In this document: positions 1 to 12,529 of the stretch, one piece after another
Layout of the letters: each line of letters opens with the position of its first letter
Position numbering within the stretch: the stretch's first letter is position 1
Program-made: the position numbers and the translations under genes
Assembly: GCA_038893355.1 (NCBI GenBank)
Contig: JAWARQ010000002.1
Location: 32,001 to 96,000, forward strand
DNA from: Sulfolobaceae archaeon
Lineage (GTDB): Archaea; Thermoproteota; Thermoprotei_A; Sulfolobales; Sulfolobaceae
Length of the DNA: 64,000 nucleotides
Reading direction: 5' to 3'
The notes under the pieces: model-generated
What the model was told of the DNA's origin: nothing
The model's database searches: none
What the model saw: the letters and a program-made list of their open reading frames with translations, nothing else

Positions 1-556
1 TCATATCCCTTATTGTTGGAGTCAGATCTCTCCTTACTCCGCCTGGTATTATGTAAGAATTTGTAACTCTAGCACCAGTAAGAGCTTGTAGTATCTCTAC
101 CCAAACCTCTCTATCACCAAATCCCCACATAAATCCTGTAGAATGACCTAAAAATATTGCTAAAATTCCGATTCCATATAAGTGGCTTGCTATTCTATTT
201 ATTTCTGCAGCAAAGCTCCTGAGATACTGAGCTCTAGGAGGAACATCAACTCCGAGTATCTTTTCTACGGCGAGTATATATCCCAAATTCATATGTATTG
301 AATCTAAGATAGCTGGCCTTTCGACAAGTGGAATTAGATGAATATAATTCCTATTCTCGCCTAATTTCTCAACAGCTCTATGTACATACCCAACATCTAA
401 CTCTACATCCTCTATAATATCTCCATTTAATTTTACAAATATCCTCATATGGCCAGATCCGGGATGTTGAGGACCTACGTTTAATTCCCCAGTTACTGGA
501 ATAAACTCAACTTGCATACCTAATCTTTCTAGAGCTTCATTCAGATTCTCTGTCAA
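1..556 (-). CDS. nuoD: NADH-quinone oxidoreductase subunit D (5' part, runs off window)
   Basis: Manual translation gives [15 protein letters not shown]...[12 protein letters not shown]; TTG start with GGAGGGG upstream, overlapping nuoC. Confidence 0.9.
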   Translation of the reverse strand, partial: MTENLNEALERLGMQVEFIPVTGELNVGPQHPGSGHMRIFVKLNGDIIEDVELDVGYVHRAVEKLGENRNYIHLIPLVERPAILDSIHMNLGYILAVEKILGVDVPPRAQYLRSFAAEINRIASHLYGIGILAIFLGHSTGFMWGFGDREVWVEILQALTGARVTNSYIIPGGVRRDLTPTIRDM

Positions 557-1058
557 CAAACAACCCCTCCAACTTTATTTTATAACTCTTTCTCAAAGGA
601 TATACACCTTCAAAATCTTCTGGTAAAAATAATCTACTTAAATTAGGATGTCCTTGAAATATGACGCCTAACATCTCATATGTTTCTCTTTCTCCAGTCC
701 ATGCACTTTCCCACACAGAGTATAAAGAGGTAATTGTAGGATCTTTATAAGTTACATAAGTTCTTAAGGCTAAGATTACTTTTGCTAGCTCTATGTTTGA
801 ATAAGAGGATATATGATAGACTACCTCTATCCTTTCTTGATCTGGATAATCAGTTCCAGTAACTGACTTAACGTGATCAAATCCTATCTCTTTTAAGACC
901 TTTGCCACGCTTAAGATTTCCCCTTTATCAACTTCTATGCTTAGTCTATTCTCTGAATCTACCTTAATTTTCAAATTAGGAAGTTTAGATTTAATCAATT
1001 CAGCGACCTTATCTGCAATTTTTTGTTGGACTAGACTCATTACCTCCTCAACTCCCAA
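537..1058 (-). CDS. nuoC: NADH-quinone oxidoreductase subunit C
   Basis: [18 protein letters not shown]...YPLRK motif. Confidence 0.93.
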   Translation of the reverse strand: MGVEEVMSLVQQKIADKVAELIKSKLPNLKIKVDSENRLSIEVDKGEILSVAKVLKEIGFDHVKSVTGTDYPDQERIEVVYHISSYSNIELAKVILALRTYVTYKDPTITSLYSVWESAWTGERETYEMLGVIFQGHPNLSRLFLPEDFEGVYPLRKSYKIKLEGLFVDRESE

Positions 1059-1429
1059 AGTTCTATCTTATCTGATTCCCTTATTCCAAAATAGATTACT
1101 GGATAAAGGAATAATAGAAAGCTACCTATTATTAATGCTAGATTTCTAAATAGTACATTACTCGCATAATAAGGAGCTTGCGCAGCTATAAGTAAAATTA
1201 CTATTATTGGTTCTAAACTCATATAAACTAATACATAACCATAATATTGTAACGGAAACCATAGTCTGCCTTCTCCGGTTGGAATGTTACCAGCTTCAAA
1301 CCTACTAACTTTAACTGGATTATACCTTGAAGGTGTAACTAACTGCAGGAATTTATATAGGGCATACCCTAACCCTAGAAATATTAAAATAGGTAATCCA
1401 AATGCTAATAATGCATTTATAATACTCAT
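1040..1429 (-). CDS. nuoA: NADH-quinone oxidoreductase subunit A
   Basis: Three TM segments, [11 protein letters not shown] loop, operon with nuoC/D. Confidence 0.88.
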   Translation of the reverse strand: MSIINALLAFGLPILIFLGLGYALYKFLQLVTPSRYNPVKVSRFEAGNIPTGEGRLWFPLQYYGYVLVYMSLEPIIVILLIAAQAPYYASNVLFRNLALIIGSFLLFLYPVIYFGIRESDKIELWELRR

Positions 1430-1511
1430 CTAGAATACTTCTTCTTGACGACTTAAATAACCTTTCATCAATACTATTTAACGTTTAAAATAAACTTGTA
1501 AAATTGTGTTT

Positions 1512-2282
1512 TTACATATCAAGTATTTTTAATACTTGTCTAGAATTATTTATACATTTAACTATTCCCTCCTTGGAAACGCCTTCGATACATCTTTGTG
1601 AAATCCACTCCTTCTTATCTATTTCATCTAAAGTTATTGGATCTTCCCTTATGAAGTTTTCATGAACTATGCAATTAGGCCCAGCATACCTAAATAGCCT
1701 AGGATGAACTTTCTTAACTTCCTCTAGCATCTTCCATGCAACTAACCTTATCTCCCATTGTGCCCTTGAGCATAACCTTAATGCAAAGAAGTTGTATAAT
1801 TCTCTAGCATTCATTGTAACTACTATATTCGTGTTAACGCCATTAGGTAAGACATATCTAGCATCCTCCTCCGGCACACCGCTTTCTAAAAGCTTATAAT
1901 ATTTTTCATAAGCGTCCCTATAAGCTTCTTCTACAATCTCCTTAGCCCTCTTTCCTGCAGATGGTGGGATTATTGGTTTATAATATTCATCTATGGGCTT
2001 GGCAAACCTATGACTCATTTGAGTATAAGATGCTATCCTATGTCTAACTAATTGGTGTGAAGCTACTCTACTCAGACCCTCTATCGAGAAAGTATACACG
2101 GAATGCTCTAACACACTCCAATAACCGTGAAGTATAGCATCCCTAATCCAAACCTCTATCTCCTGCTCACTCATGTCCTTTTCATGATATTCCCAACCCT
2201 TCCTTGACCTACTCATTTTCGCAGCTATAGCTACAACTCTTTCACCATCTTTAGTAAAAGATACTAGTCTAACACTAATCAT
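1512..2282 (-). CDS. thyX: Flavin-dependent thymidylate synthase
   Basis: [21 protein letters not shown] ThyX motif; RAQWEIR. Confidence 0.95.
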   Translation of the reverse strand: MISVRLVSFTKDGERVVAIAAKMSRSRKGWEYHEKDMSEQEIEVWIRDAILHGYWSVLEHSVYTFSIEGLSRVASHQLVRHRIASYTQMSHRFAKPIDEYYKPIIPPSAGKRAKEIVEEAYRDAYEKYYKLLESGVPEEDARYVLPNGVNTNIVVTMNARELYNFFALRLCSRAQWEIRLVAWKMLEEVKKVHPRLFRYAGPNCIVHENFIREDPITLDEIDKKEWISQRCIEGVSKEGIVKCINNSRQVLKILDM

Positions 2283-2361
2283 TTATTTAACTCTTTGTGC
2301 AAAAACAAAAAAACACTTTTTACTAAATATTACTCTAATACTAATACACTAATTATTACTC

Positions 2362-2700
2362 TTAAAAACCTGCTAGTTTCTCCACTAATCGCGTTAAGAT
2401 TGCTGAATTCTTTTCTGCATCTTTTTCAGCCTGATCTAGTGTCTTCTTAACTTCTTCATCCTTAACTTGACTTAACTTCTGCTTATACTTTACAATCATT
2501 TTTAATTCCTCCTCAAGCATATCTATTACCGCCTCTAATGTCTGTTTGTCTTTAACCTTATCAGAAGCTAACGCCTTATTTTTAAAGCAGTTAAAGTGCA
2601 CAACTTCTTTATTTATTGTATACGTAAAGAGTTCATCCCAATATATTGTGTTTTTACAAATCGCACAACTCCATCTTGTAGCAGCTCTACTCGAGCTCAT
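2362..2700 (-). CDS. Conserved crenarchaeal Zn-binding protein (DUF2175-like)
   Basis: CxxC...HxxC N-terminus followed by coiled coil. Confidence 0.7.
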   Translation of the reverse strand: MSSSRAATRWSCAICKNTIYWDELFTYTINKEVVHFNCFKNKALASDKVKDKQTLEAVIDMLEEELKMIVKYKQKLSQVKDEEVKKTLDQAEKDAEKNSAILTRLVEKLAGF

Positions 2701-2748
2701 AACAATAAAGATAAATATTGTAGAAAAAAAGATTACGGTGTCATAAAA

Positions 2749-3903
2749 ATGCTTACAGAAAAACTGCTTTCGGATTCGAAATTCTACAATAAACCAATAA
2801 GTATCTTCTTTACATCTAGAAATTGTAGTATATGCGATAAACTCTATAACGAGATAACAAGTAAGTATATTTCTTCTAAATATTACTGGTTAAGGATAGA
2901 CAGTGAAGAATATTTACATTACTTCATTAGACTAACTAGAGGAGTAATACCATCAGTAGTAGTAATGAATGGAGATCTTAGAATTTTAGGTATAATAGAA
3001 TCTAATAACAGTGATTTTATTGAAAATGCATTAAAAAATATTTATGAAAATTTAGAAAATAAAAAACTTATAGCTTCTAACGTACCACACTTCGTACCAG
3101 AGCCGCAAGAATTTGACCCGTTTATCGTCCATGAAGTAGTTCTTAGAATTATTAATGGTGAAGTGGTAGACCATAGGGCACTAGAAGTAATAGAATTCTA
3201 TAAAAGAAATTATACTGAATTCTCAAATATTCAGAAATTTATTACTAATTATGATGTTATTACAAAATCTATCTTATATAAAGAAAAAATAGAAATAAAT
3301 AATTCTTATACTGCAGGAGTTCTCGTTGAAAATGGGATTGAAGATCCCAAGGTACTTCTTGAATATATTAATGAAGACGGTAGTGTGTATAGGAGTAAGA
3401 GGAAGGAAGTTAGCGGACTTTTAATAGATGAGAGTATTGCTGGTAATGCTCTTTTAAAGGCATATGAATTATACGGTGAGAAAGAATATTTAGAATATGC
3501 TAAAAAAATATATGAATATATAATAAAAAATAATGTACATGAAAAAGGATTTCTCGACGTACCTAAAAGAGACCCATTAAGTAATATCGAGTTCTTAGAA
3601 CCTTTAGCAAATGCAGAAGCTGGAATATTCTTCTCGAGGTACTATTTACTTACAAAAGATGAAAAAGCTAGAGAATACTCTGAAAAGGCTATTAGATGTG
3701 CATATGGCGGTTCTAAAAATACAAGAGTTTTAACTCGAGTAATTATTGCATACCTTAAATTAAAACATTCAATATTAACCAAAAATATGAAGATAACCGA
3801 TCCACGAATTGAATACTTGGAAAATCCATGTAAAGATGAGGAATTCTATTACAATAATAATTGCTATAAGTCAATAGACGAAATTACTATAGAACTACTC
3901 TAA
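2749..3903 (+). CDS. Thioredoxin-like domain plus alpha/alpha-barrel protein (DUF255/YyaL-like)
   Basis: CxxC (CSIC) N-terminal domain; start moved to ATG 2749 to avoid overlap with the divergent gene. Confidence 0.65.
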   Translation: MLTEKLLSDSKFYNKPISIFFTSRNCSICDKLYNEITSKYISSKYYWLRIDSEEYLHYFIRLTRGVIPSVVVMNGDLRILGIIESNNSDFIENALKNIYENLENKKLIASNVPHFVPEPQEFDPFIVHEVVLRIINGEVVDHRALEVIEFYKRNYTEFSNIQKFITNYDVITKSILYKEKIEINNSYTAGVLVENGIEDPKVLLEYINEDGSVYRSKRKEVSGLLIDESIAGNALLKAYELYGEKEYLEYAKKIYEYIIKNNVHEKGFLDVPKRDPLSNIEFLEPLANAEAGIFFSRYYLLTKDEKAREYSEKAIRCAYGGSKNTRVLTRVIIAYLKLKHSILTKNMKITDPRIEYLENPCKDEEFYYNNNCYKSIDEITIELL

Positions 3904-4599
3904 TCTTTTAAAAGTTCTAACGACGTACTTATTAATGTCCCTTGCAGTAGCTCCCTCACATATTGCCCTAAATACTTTATACTTATCTATAAATTCAAGC
4001 CTTTCTACTGCCTCAAATCCATGAGATTTTAGAGTTTTCGGCGCATACACACTTGATATTCCAACGAGTAATAAATGATCCGTCGAAGTATTATTTACTA
4101 TGTAGTCAATTGTAGAGTTAATTAGTGCAGAACCAAAAATTGCAGCTACATCACAACGCTCAGAAGTAAATGAATTAAAAGGTTTAACTTGGATTTTTCC
4201 CCTTTGAAGATACTGTGGATTATAAAAATCATAAATTATTATTGAAGAGAAATTTTGGACATTAACATTTGGGGAGAATCCAAATACGCATAACTTATTC
4301 CCTGAATATTGAGTAAGAATATCGCCTCTTTCGAATCTTTCAGATAACTTTATTGCATTAAGTATTGCCAAAGCGATACTCCTTGATAACGGTGTCTCAA
4401 TGTCTTTAACCACCTCATAAGGATTTGTAGAAATTATTTCACCACAATATTTTGAAGATCCTTCTGGAATTGTATGGGATACTCCTAAAGATCCATCATC
4501 TAACATTACTGCAGTATATGCAATACCAACACACATGTTTACTACACGCCTTTGCTTAAGTATGAAGGAAAGCTCCTCAATTATTTCATTTAAAATCAT
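3895..4599 (-). CDS. Rossmann-like DUF364 family putative heavy-metal-chelating protein
   Basis: VGIAYTAV...G.G..T, ALAILNA, GSALINSTID pattern. Confidence 0.7.
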   Translation of the reverse strand: MILNEIIEELSFILKQRRVVNMCVGIAYTAVMLDDGSLGVSHTIPEGSSKYCGEIISTNPYEVVKDIETPLSRSIALAILNAIKLSERFERGDILTQYSGNKLCVFGFSPNVNVQNFSSIIIYDFYNPQYLQRGKIQVKPFNSFTSERCDVAAIFGSALINSTIDYIVNNTSTDHLLLVGISSVYAPKTLKSHGFEAVERLEFIDKYKVFRAICEGATARDINKYVVRTFKRLE

Positions 4600-5681
4600 A
4601 ATACTATCTTACCTCTTTCTATAATTGAAGAATGAACTTCTTTATAGGGTAAAATCATAACGTTTTCGGCTATAACTACACCGTCTCCCGTATAAACTTC
4701 CTCACCCAAGATACTTCCTTCTAGAATATGATTCCATCTTCCTATCTTACATTTGTCTGCTATAATTGAGCCATTAATATATGAGTAATTAGATATTTCA
4801 ACATTATCCATAATTACACTATTCGTAATATTTACACCTTTATTTACTTTTGAGTTGGAGCCTATTATTGATTTTCTTATTCTTGTATCCTCAGAAACTT
4901 TTGCATTACTCGCTATATAATATGGTTCTTCTAGACTTACACTTTCAGAAACATTAGCACTAGGATGAATAAACCCCTTTGGGTATTTTAACTCAAGAAG
5001 AATTTGGTTAATTAACATATAATCTGATGGAAGACCGATGTCCGCCCAAATACCCTTATACTCGTAAACTATAATTTCATAATTCTCTCTAAGGAGGGTA
5101 GGAAGAAAGTCTTTACTTATTGAAGACGGGAATTTTATATATTTAAATAATTCCTTTTTAAATATATAAATTCCTGCATTTATTAGATTACTTTCTGCAC
5201 TCTCTGGTTTTTCTATTAATTTTATTAATTTTCCATCTTTCTGATAAATTACACCATATCTTCTTACATCCTTTACGGTAGTTGAAACTATAAGGGTGTG
5301 AGCATTTTTACTAAAATAAAATTTTATTAAATCATTAAAATTAACCTCAGAATATATATCTCCATATACTACCAGAACATCATCACTCAAAGGATATCTT
5401 TCACTTATAAATCGCAAAGGTCCAGCGTCACCTAAAGGTGTATCTTCTACTACAAACTGGATCTTACTACTTACATTCCTATATCTCTCTATTATCCTGT
5501 CAGCCATAACCCTTAATGCAAGATAAATTCGATCAACCTCTGCATCTAAATCTAATAGACTTTCTATCACATAATCAAGCACAGGCTTGCCTAAAATCGG
5601 TAATAATGCCTTTGGCTTAGTTAAACTTAATGGTCGAAGGCGAGTAGCATATCCACCAGCTAATACTATTGCAGAAACCAT
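4596..5681 (-). CDS. Sugar-phosphate nucleotidyltransferase (NDP-sugar synthase)
   Basis: LAGGYATRLRPLS...PKALLP motif plus C-terminal hexapeptide repeats. Confidence 0.92.
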   Translation of the reverse strand: MVSAIVLAGGYATRLRPLSLTKPKALLPILGKPVLDYVIESLLDLDAEVDRIYLALRVMADRIIERYRNVSSKIQFVVEDTPLGDAGPLRFISERYPLSDDVLVVYGDIYSEVNFNDLIKFYFSKNAHTLIVSTTVKDVRRYGVIYQKDGKLIKLIEKPESAESNLINAGIYIFKKELFKYIKFPSSISKDFLPTLLRENYEIIVYEYKGIWADIGLPSDYMLINQILLELKYPKGFIHPSANVSESVSLEEPYYIASNAKVSEDTRIRKSIIGSNSKVNKGVNITNSVIMDNVEISNYSYINGSIIADKCKIGRWNHILEGSILGEEVYTGDGVVIAENVMILPYKEVHSSIIERGKIVL

Positions 5682-5696
5682 ACAATAAATAAAAAA

Positions 5697-6332
5697 TTAT
5701 TTACTTAAATATTTCTGTAACTTCTTTTCTGCATACTCCCAATTAACTACATTCCACCACGCATTAAGATAGTCTCCCCTCTTATTCTTATATTGTAGAT
5801 AATATGCATGCTCAAATTCATCAACTATCAATATAATTGGAAGCTCAGCAATATGATTTAGGAAATGGTTTTCAATCGTCATGATTTCTAAACCGTTATT
5901 CTCAGGATCATATAGTAGTGCAGTCCATCCACTTCCTGGCAGGGAAGTAGCAGCTTCTGTGAAAATCTGCTTAAATCTTTCAAAACTTCCATAATGTTTG
6001 TTTATTAAGTCTGCTAATGCACCACCTGGCTTTCCTCCACCTTTACCTGGAGGAGCCATATTTTCCCAGTATATGGCATGAAGTTTATGACCATTTATGT
6101 TAAAAGTTAGACCTCTTAGTATACCTTGAATATCATAATTACCTTGTGCTAAATCACCTTTTATTACCTTTTCTAAACGTTCTAATAATGAATTGGATGC
6201 ATTAACATATCCTCTGTGGTGGCCATTATAATGTACGTCCATTATTTCTCTACTTATATAAGGCTCTAATGCATCTAACTTATATGGAAGGGGCGGTAAT
6301 TCATACCTCTTGAACTGAACTTGTAGACTCAT
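5697..6332 (-). CDS. sod: Fe/Mn superoxide dismutase
   Basis: [25 protein letters not shown]. Confidence 0.96.
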   Translation of the reverse strand: MSLQVQFKRYELPPLPYKLDALEPYISREIMDVHYNGHHRGYVNASNSLLERLEKVIKGDLAQGNYDIQGILRGLTFNINGHKLHAIYWENMAPPGKGGGKPGGALADLINKHYGSFERFKQIFTEAATSLPGSGWTALLYDPENNGLEIMTIENHFLNHIAELPIILIVDEFEHAYYLQYKNKRGDYLNAWWNVVNWEYAEKKLQKYLSK

Positions 6333-6503
6333 ATGCATTGATATAAAAAATCCAAATTAAAAATCCTATTTATTAATCGCTATGATGATATTTGATGTTT
6401 TATTAAAAATTTATAATTTAATAATAATTATATCAAAAAGATTATTGTTTCAAGGTGAAGAACATAATGGAAACTTTTTATCTATTAAACTAGATTATTC
6501 TAT

Positions 6504-8309
6504 ATGAAAATGAAATTCTTATTAGGTTTCAATACACTTGATATTATACAAAGAATAATAATTGCTATCCTTTCATGGTTTGTTATAGCATTTATAAATA
6601 ACTTTATACCACAATTATCTAATTATATAATAATTTTACAAATAATTTCAGCTATTTCAGCATTCTTTTTCCCGTTTATAGTTAGCCCACTGCTAATTGT
6701 AACGTATACTTTCCTTAACATCCTTCAAGAATTTATAAAGAATATAACAATATATAATTTTATAATATTTTTATCGTATTTAATATTTTGGATAATAACA
6801 ATGTTTTATGGTTTAATAAAGTATAATGGTCTTAGACATGTTATAACTACTTATTCACTAGTAGCCTCACAATTAGGTTTTAGCTACTTACTATATAGCG
6901 GGTTAGGATTAAAGACAGATTATAAATTAGGAATTTTCGCCTCATTGCCGTTTTTACCAATATTTATATTATCTTACTTACCTAGTATTCCGCCAATTCG
7001 AAATATTATTGGGATAGTATTAATATTCCTGTCCAGTTATCTCTTCTCGATTAAGGGATACTATAGTATTATTGGTATAGTGCCCATTATCATAACTGTC
7101 TACTTAATAAATCAAAATTATCTATTTATTATACCACCTTTAGTAATTAATATAATATTAATAACCACAGACTTAATAAGCGATCTTAATGCTAAGAAGA
7201 GGAGTATAAATGAACAAAAAATCCATAATGAGAGAATAATAAACATGTTAATGGAAAATATGATGTTATTAGAAAGAGAATTAAAATTAATTTCGGATTT
7301 TAATTTAAAAGAATATCAAAATAAACTTTTAGAGCTCTTAAAACAGAATGCAACCTCAAATAAACTAGAAGAGCTTAAAGATATAGAATTTGAAATAAAT
7401 TCAATAAAGACTGAAATAAATTCAGTAATAAATAACTTTATCTTTGATTTAAATAATCAATATAAGAAAATATTTCTTGAACTACAGAACTTGGGATTTT
7501 CATCACAATTTGAACCGCTCTCAGAAGAAATTAAAATTGAAGACCCATTAACTTTTAAAATATTTTCAAATAATATACAAGTTATAAATACTATCTTTGT
7601 AAGGACAATATCAGAGATAGAGAAGTTTGCCAAAAAAATGGAGATGTTAATTGGAACAGAAATTAGAAAACCCACAATTAATAGGATTTCTGAATTAAAG
7701 GATTATATAGAATATTTAAAGCAACTTTTTTCAAAATCCGAAATTGAAAATTGTATGAATAAAGCCGAATTTATTATTCAAACACTAATTAAGACTAATC
7801 CGAGTTTATCTAAAGAAATTTCATACCTCTTAATACAATACAATACTGAAAGAGTACCAGTAAAGAAATATGAAATCGTATACGAACTATTAGAAAAAGT
7901 TAGAAGATATATAGAAGAGGAGCTAAAGAACGCAGTTATTGATCTTGAAGAGTTGATACATAATTACAAATTGATAAGTTTACAAGAAAACTTAAAACTA
8001 TTACAGCCAGCTATTTCAGAAGGTTTAAAAGGTAGTCATTGTAATGTAATGTCCTCATTAATCTCTTTAATTGATATTATTAACTTTACTCTTGAAGTTA
8101 GAAGGGACAAGGAAAGTATAGTTAATATAATTTCCACTTTATCAAATCTTGATAATATTCTAGAGAATTTAATAAGGGCAGGGAGTTGTATAAATGTGAA
8201 AGAATTTGGACTTTCACAGAAATATGACTGGGTAGTTAAAGATTACTTAAAGTCTAAAGGATACAATTTAACTACAGTAGGTGAAGAAATTTGCCCTTCA
8301 TCATCTTAG
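6504..8309 (+). CDS. Hypothetical protein, N-terminal multi-TM region and long helical/coiled-coil C-terminus
   Basis: 601-aa ORF; hydrophobic first ~220 aa. Confidence 0.7.
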   Translation: MKMKFLLGFNTLDIIQRIIIAILSWFVIAFINNFIPQLSNYIIILQIISAISAFFFPFIVSPLLIVTYTFLNILQEFIKNITIYNFIIFLSYLIFWIITMFYGLIKYNGLRHVITTYSLVASQLGFSYLLYSGLGLKTDYKLGIFASLPFLPIFILSYLPSIPPIRNIIGIVLIFLSSYLFSIKGYYSIIGIVPIIITVYLINQNYLFIIPPLVINIILITTDLISDLNAKKRSINEQKIHNERIINMLMENMMLLERELKLISDFNLKEYQNKLLELLKQNATSNKLEELKDIEFEINSIKTEINSVINNFIFDLNNQYKKIFLELQNLGFSSQFEPLSEEIKIEDPLTFKIFSNNIQVINTIFVRTISEIEKFAKKMEMLIGTEIRKPTINRISELKDYIEYLKQLFSKSEIENCMNKAEFIIQTLIKTNPSLSKEISYLLIQYNTERVPVKKYEIVYELLEKVRRYIEEELKNAVIDLEELIHNYKLISLQENLKLLQPAISEGLKGSHCNVMSSLISLIDIINFTLEVRRDKESIVNIISTLSNLDNILENLIRAGSCINVKEFGLSQKYDWVVKDYLKSKGYNLTTVGEEICPSSS

Positions 8310-8528
8310 TCTACGAATAATTATTTCAGCATGATCCCCTACAACGTCTGCCTTAAATAAGTATCTAGGTGTATTTCTTAATAACTGATGAGTACATATT
8401 ACCCTATCTTGATCAGCTATTACCTTTATTGATTCACCTGCTTTCATATTAACTAAATATCTTGAAAGTTCTAGGATATATTCTTCACATGTTTTTCCTC
8501 TTAAGTCTAATTGCGCAATAACTGCCAT
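8301..8528 (-). CDS. TusA/SirA-like sulfur carrier
   Basis: LDLRGKTC motif, 75 aa. Confidence 0.8.
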   Translation of the reverse strand: MAVIAQLDLRGKTCEEYILELSRYLVNMKAGESIKVIADQDRVICTHQLLRNTPRYLFKADVVGDHAEIIIRRLR

Positions 8529-8558
8529 AGTAAAAACTATTGAAATATATTTTAAAAA

Positions 8559-9350
8559 TTATAATGTAAGCATCCTCTTACTTTCTCTTTCTTTAATTTT
8601 GTCTTGCTCTTGAATAACTTTAAACCATAACTCATCATAGTTCTTAAATAAATAATCATAAACTTCTGCTATTCTGGATAACACGTTTACATTTGATAAT
8701 GAATGGATTCTTAACCCGACTCTGCCTACTGCACCACCCCTAATCATTAACCAATGCGCAAAAGTCTCTAATGGATATTTTCTTTTTACCTCTTCAGCAT
8801 CTATCTTACGATTATATAACCAGTACAATTCTCTAACAAAGTTAGTTGCAATTCTTCTTATCATTACATCTTTCCACTTCTCTAGATACTTCTCTCCTTC
8901 TTTAAGCATAATTGTCCTTAAATAATTATATAACTCTTCACTATTGCTAGAGTTTACTAGACCAGTTATGGCCATTATGAATTCCTTCTGAGCAAAAAGT
9001 GCATCAAAATCTCTATTGACATAAATCCATGCAGTAACAGCAAAAGAATTAGTTATACCCTCCATTAGTTTTTCGACTAGTTTCTCTTTATCCAAATTAC
9101 TCTTAACTGGAACGGTATCAAATTCTAATATCCTTTCTAATTCATCATAATCTACTACTCCTGCAAAATATAATTTCCCATCCACAAATATTGATGGTGT
9201 TGATAATACGCCCCTTTCTAATGCTAAAAAAGGGTATAACTCTGTGTCTATCACTTGAACTTTCCCTAGCAAATTTTTTTGTTCTAACCAGTCCAGTAAT
9301 ATATTACAATCTACACAATTCCTATGAATGAATATCTCTACCTTTTTCAT
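8559..9350 (-). CDS. Thioredoxin-fold protein
   Basis: CVDC and GVLSTPSIFVDG. Confidence 0.8.
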   Translation of the reverse strand: MKKVEIFIHRNCVDCNILLDWLEQKNLLGKVQVIDTELYPFLALERGVLSTPSIFVDGKLYFAGVVDYDELERILEFDTVPVKSNLDKEKLVEKLMEGITNSFAVTAWIYVNRDFDALFAQKEFIMAITGLVNSSNSEELYNYLRTIMLKEGEKYLEKWKDVMIRRIATNFVRELYWLYNRKIDAEEVKRKYPLETFAHWLMIRGGAVGRVGLRIHSLSNVNVLSRIAEVYDYLFKNYDELWFKVIQEQDKIKERESKRMLTL

Positions 9351-11002
9351 TATAACCTAATCTTTTTAGAATTAAAACACTTTAACTTTTGCTTCCACCA
9401 GATCCCTTCAAATCTCTTATCTAACAACCATACAGTAACCCTATCATTTATATCCCTTATAGCCCTTCCAATAGCTTGCTTAACACTTATCATGGCTGGT
9501 ATCCTATATAGAGACTCATTAACCTCATACCCTAATCTCTTACTTATTAACTCACTCTTAACCTTCATATAATCATCAGGAGGTGGATAAGGAATACCAA
9601 CTATAACCACATCACTAATTAAATTCTCGTTATTAATTCGAAATTCTACTCCTTCAGAAAGTTTCCCTCTACTGACAATCCCTATTATCATCTTATCATG
9701 GCTATTTGAAATAATTTTTTGGGCCTCCTCTATTGTTGAATTTTCAGATTCAATATATTTGGGAATATTTGTAATAAGAGAAAGTATTTTATTCATTATT
9801 TCATAACTGGGGAAAACAACTAGTATATTTTTCTTTGAATTGTAATATATTTTCAGAATATATGAGGCATAATTTTTCCACATTCTCTCATTCCTTAAAC
9901 TATAGGCCGTCGTAACATCGGTAGCTATTATACATTCATAATTACCTGAAACCTTAGATCTAGTCTCCTTCTCTACATCAATATAGAAAATTTTCCTTTT
10001 TATACCAATTATATTTTCAAGATACTCTTTTGGCGGCAATGTACCAGACATAAGTAGGATTGAAAGTTTTTCATCATTTAAGATTTCTAAATATTTACTT
10101 GAATCTATAACTTTAGATACTAGACCTTCAGAATAAGAGAACAAACTCCTTCCCTCTTCATTTAAAGACTTCAAAAATTTTATTATACTGCCTAAATTTA
10201 ACCTCTTTATCTTTCCCTCCTTTAGCATCTTCTCTTTTAACTCTTCGTACTCAGCATCAAGTATTTCAATCTCTTCTTGTGTAATATTAGTTATCTTATC
10301 TACTAAAATATGCCTTTCTTCCTTATAAACTCTCTTAGAGAACTCTTCTTCCAATTTAGTCAATATCCTTTTAGCCTCTTCAGATGATACTTCTCTTAAA
10401 GCACCTTCAATAGTCCTCTTACTTATTCTTCTCTCGTCTAATTCATTTATAGAATCTAGATTATGTGCTTCGTCTATTACTATTAAGTATTCCTCAAGCT
10501 TAACATCTATCAGACTTCTTAAGTTAGGTAAAAAGAAATACGGATAAGATATTACTACCACATCACTTTCCCTTATATTTTCTAGTAAGGTGTAATATGG
10601 ACAAAAACCCTCTCTATAACCTTGTTCTTTTAACTTAAATATCTCCTCATGAGGTGGATCTTTTATTTCATAATTGTTGAGTACACTTTGATACTCGCAA
10701 GAGCTACATTTTATATCCTCTGGATTAGCGTCAGAAGATGCAAATATGCATGAGATGGGTTTACCCATAACAAATCCAAATTTCTTATCCCTTGCTACTC
10801 TCATGTATTCCCTATATATGGGATAATACTCGTTATGAGTCCTTACTACAAATAATACTTTACCTTTAAGTTCTAAACCTACTAATAATGAGAATAAAGT
10901 TTTCCCACTGCCAGTAGGAGATTGTAAAGCTACTATATACTCTTCTTTTAGTGCATTAATTACTTTATCCTTTAACCTCGCTTGCCAGTCCCTTAACTTC
11001 AA
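9350..11002 (-). CDS. xpd: XPD/Rad3 Fe-S DNA helicase
   Basis: SPTGSGKT, four-Cys Fe-S domain, DEAH, QAIGRAIR. Confidence 0.93.
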   Translation of the reverse strand: MKLRDWQARLKDKVINALKEEYIVALQSPTGSGKTLFSLLVGLELKGKVLFVVRTHNEYYPIYREYMRVARDKKFGFVMGKPISCIFASSDANPEDIKCSSCEYQSVLNNYEIKDPPHEEIFKLKEQGYREGFCPYYTLLENIRESDVVVISYPYFFLPNLRSLIDVKLEEYLIVIDEAHNLDSINELDERRISKRTIEGALREVSSEEAKRILTKLEEEFSKRVYKEERHILVDKITNITQEEIEILDAEYEELKEKMLKEGKIKRLNLGSIIKFLKSLNEEGRSLFSYSEGLVSKVIDSSKYLEILNDEKLSILLMSGTLPPKEYLENIIGIKRKIFYIDVEKETRSKVSGNYECIIATDVTTAYSLRNERMWKNYASYILKIYYNSKKNILVVFPSYEIMNKILSLITNIPKYIESENSTIEEAQKIISNSHDKMIIGIVSRGKLSEGVEFRINNENLISDVVIVGIPYPPPDDYMKVKSELISKRLGYEVNESLYRIPAMISVKQAIGRAIRDINDRVTVWLLDKRFEGIWWKQKLKCFNSKKIRL

Positions 11003-11299
11003 GAACAGTAACTATTAGAAGTATAACGATATAAGCTTTTAAGAAGAAATCAGGATTTTAGACTTATAAGGAGAAGGAAGGAATAGTCTTATAGCATATT
11101 TTTAATTTTATTTAGATATAAAATTAAAATACAAATACAATGAATTTGAAATCGAATCTGGAGTTATTAAAGAAATAAATGATAATACAACTGGGATAAC
11201 CTAAAATCTCATGAAAAAATTATTTGTACTTATACCTCGCCTTACAGTAAAAAATATTTATATTTATTAAAATAATATATAACATAGGGTCTAATAATT

Positions 11300-11584
11300 A
11301 TGTCAAACTTAGAGGTAATAGTTGAAGATAAGTTGGACTTTAGAATGAAAGAACTTATGGATATTTATCCAAACATACAAGTCACAGCAATTTTAGTAGT
11401 CAATGGGACAATATCTGAAGATTTATTAAATTTAATAAATTCAAAAAATATAGAAATAATTAGATCATATCCATTTATGAGGACAATAAAAGTTAAGGGA
11501 AAGGTAAAAGATATCGCAACAATTACCTCACTAGATAGGATTAAATACATAATGTTAGACGAAATTTTAAGCAAATCGATTTAG
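11300..11584 (+). CDS. Small hypothetical protein
   Basis: 94-aa ORF with TATA-like element upstream, co-oriented with the Rieske gene. Confidence 0.6.
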   Translation: MSNLEVIVEDKLDFRMKELMDIYPNIQVTAILVVNGTISEDLLNLINSKNIEIIRSYPFMRTIKVKGKVKDIATITSLDRIKYIMLDEILSKSI

Positions 11585-11592
11585 AAGAGTTT

Positions 11593-11895
11593 ATGGAGAT
11601 AGAAATTAAGGGCCTTAAAATTGGTGAGAAAAAGAAAATAATAGTAGATAATAAAGAATTACTACTTATTTTTTTAGGTTCTAATAAAATTATTATTTGT
11701 GATGTTAAATGTCCTCATCTAGGATGTGATTTATATAAATATGGGGTTCTAATTAGAGAGGAAATAATATGTCAATGTCATTTTTCACATTTTTCAATCC
11801 ATGACGGAAAAGTAAGAAAGGGCCCTGCTGAAAGGCCATTAAGAATCTATAAGTATGAATATGTCGATAAAGATAAGATTAAAATTTATATTTAA
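11593..11895 (+). CDS. Rieske [2Fe-2S] ferredoxin
   Basis: CPHLGC...CQCH motifs. Confidence 0.9.
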   Translation: MEIEIKGLKIGEKKKIIVDNKELLLIFLGSNKIIICDVKCPHLGCDLYKYGVLIREEIICQCHFSHFSIHDGKVRKGPAERPLRIYKYEYVDKDKIKIYI

Positions 11896-12529
11896 ATAAC
11901 TCATTAATGATCTTTACAATTTCTCTATACATTAATTGACCTTTAGCAGTAGGTTCAGTTACAAAACCATATAAAAGTCTCGAGCCTAGAATACCAAATG
12001 CTATTCTCTCTAAAGGGTTCTCACTCATAGGAATTACTACTACATTATCCGAAATTTCGAGTAAATTGGCAAGAAGACTTTTATATCCAGGTTTAGCTAT
12101 AACTGCAATTTTAAAAAATAAGACGTCCTTAGAATACTTTTCTATTTCATTTTTTAACAAATTAAAATTAGGTAAATCTCGAAAATAATGTACTGATATT
12201 ATTTTACTTTTATATGGTATATCGTATTTTTTAACAAATTCTAGCTCTACATCATACAAAAACCCTTTTTGATTCGCATACTTTAAGAAAGATAATTTTT
12301 CCACATCCTCAATTTTATTAATACCGCCTTCATTTATATCTCTTATAGTTATAATCAATTTAGATTTATATTTTTCTAATGTATTCAGATCAACTTCTTT
12401 TAATGATTTTAAGTAATCTAATCTTAATTCTATAAAATCAGCATCAGTTATTTCATCTAACTTTTCTAAATCATTTATTGACTTTATCGGTAAACTAGCT
12501 ACGACTAACGGTCTATTCATTTTTATCAC
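11879..12529 (-). CDS. aroD: 3-dehydroquinate dehydratase type I
   Basis: IELRLDYL, TIRD..EGG, PTAKGQ. Confidence 0.9.
   Translation of the reverse strand: MIKMNRPLVVASLPIKSINDLEKLDEITDADFIELRLDYLKSLKEVDLNTLEKYKSKLIITIRDINEGGINKIEDVEKLSFLKYANQKGFLYDVELEFVKKYDIPYKSKIISVHYFRDLPNFNLLKNEIEKYSKDVLFFKIAVIAKPGYKSLLANLLEISDNVVVIPMSENPLERIAFGILGSRLLYGFVTEPTAKGQLMYREIVKIINELFKYKF

Noticed and set aside
2596-2748. N-terminal extension of the 435-aa ORF
   Set aside because: Overlaps the divergent gene; ATG 2749 is the plausible start
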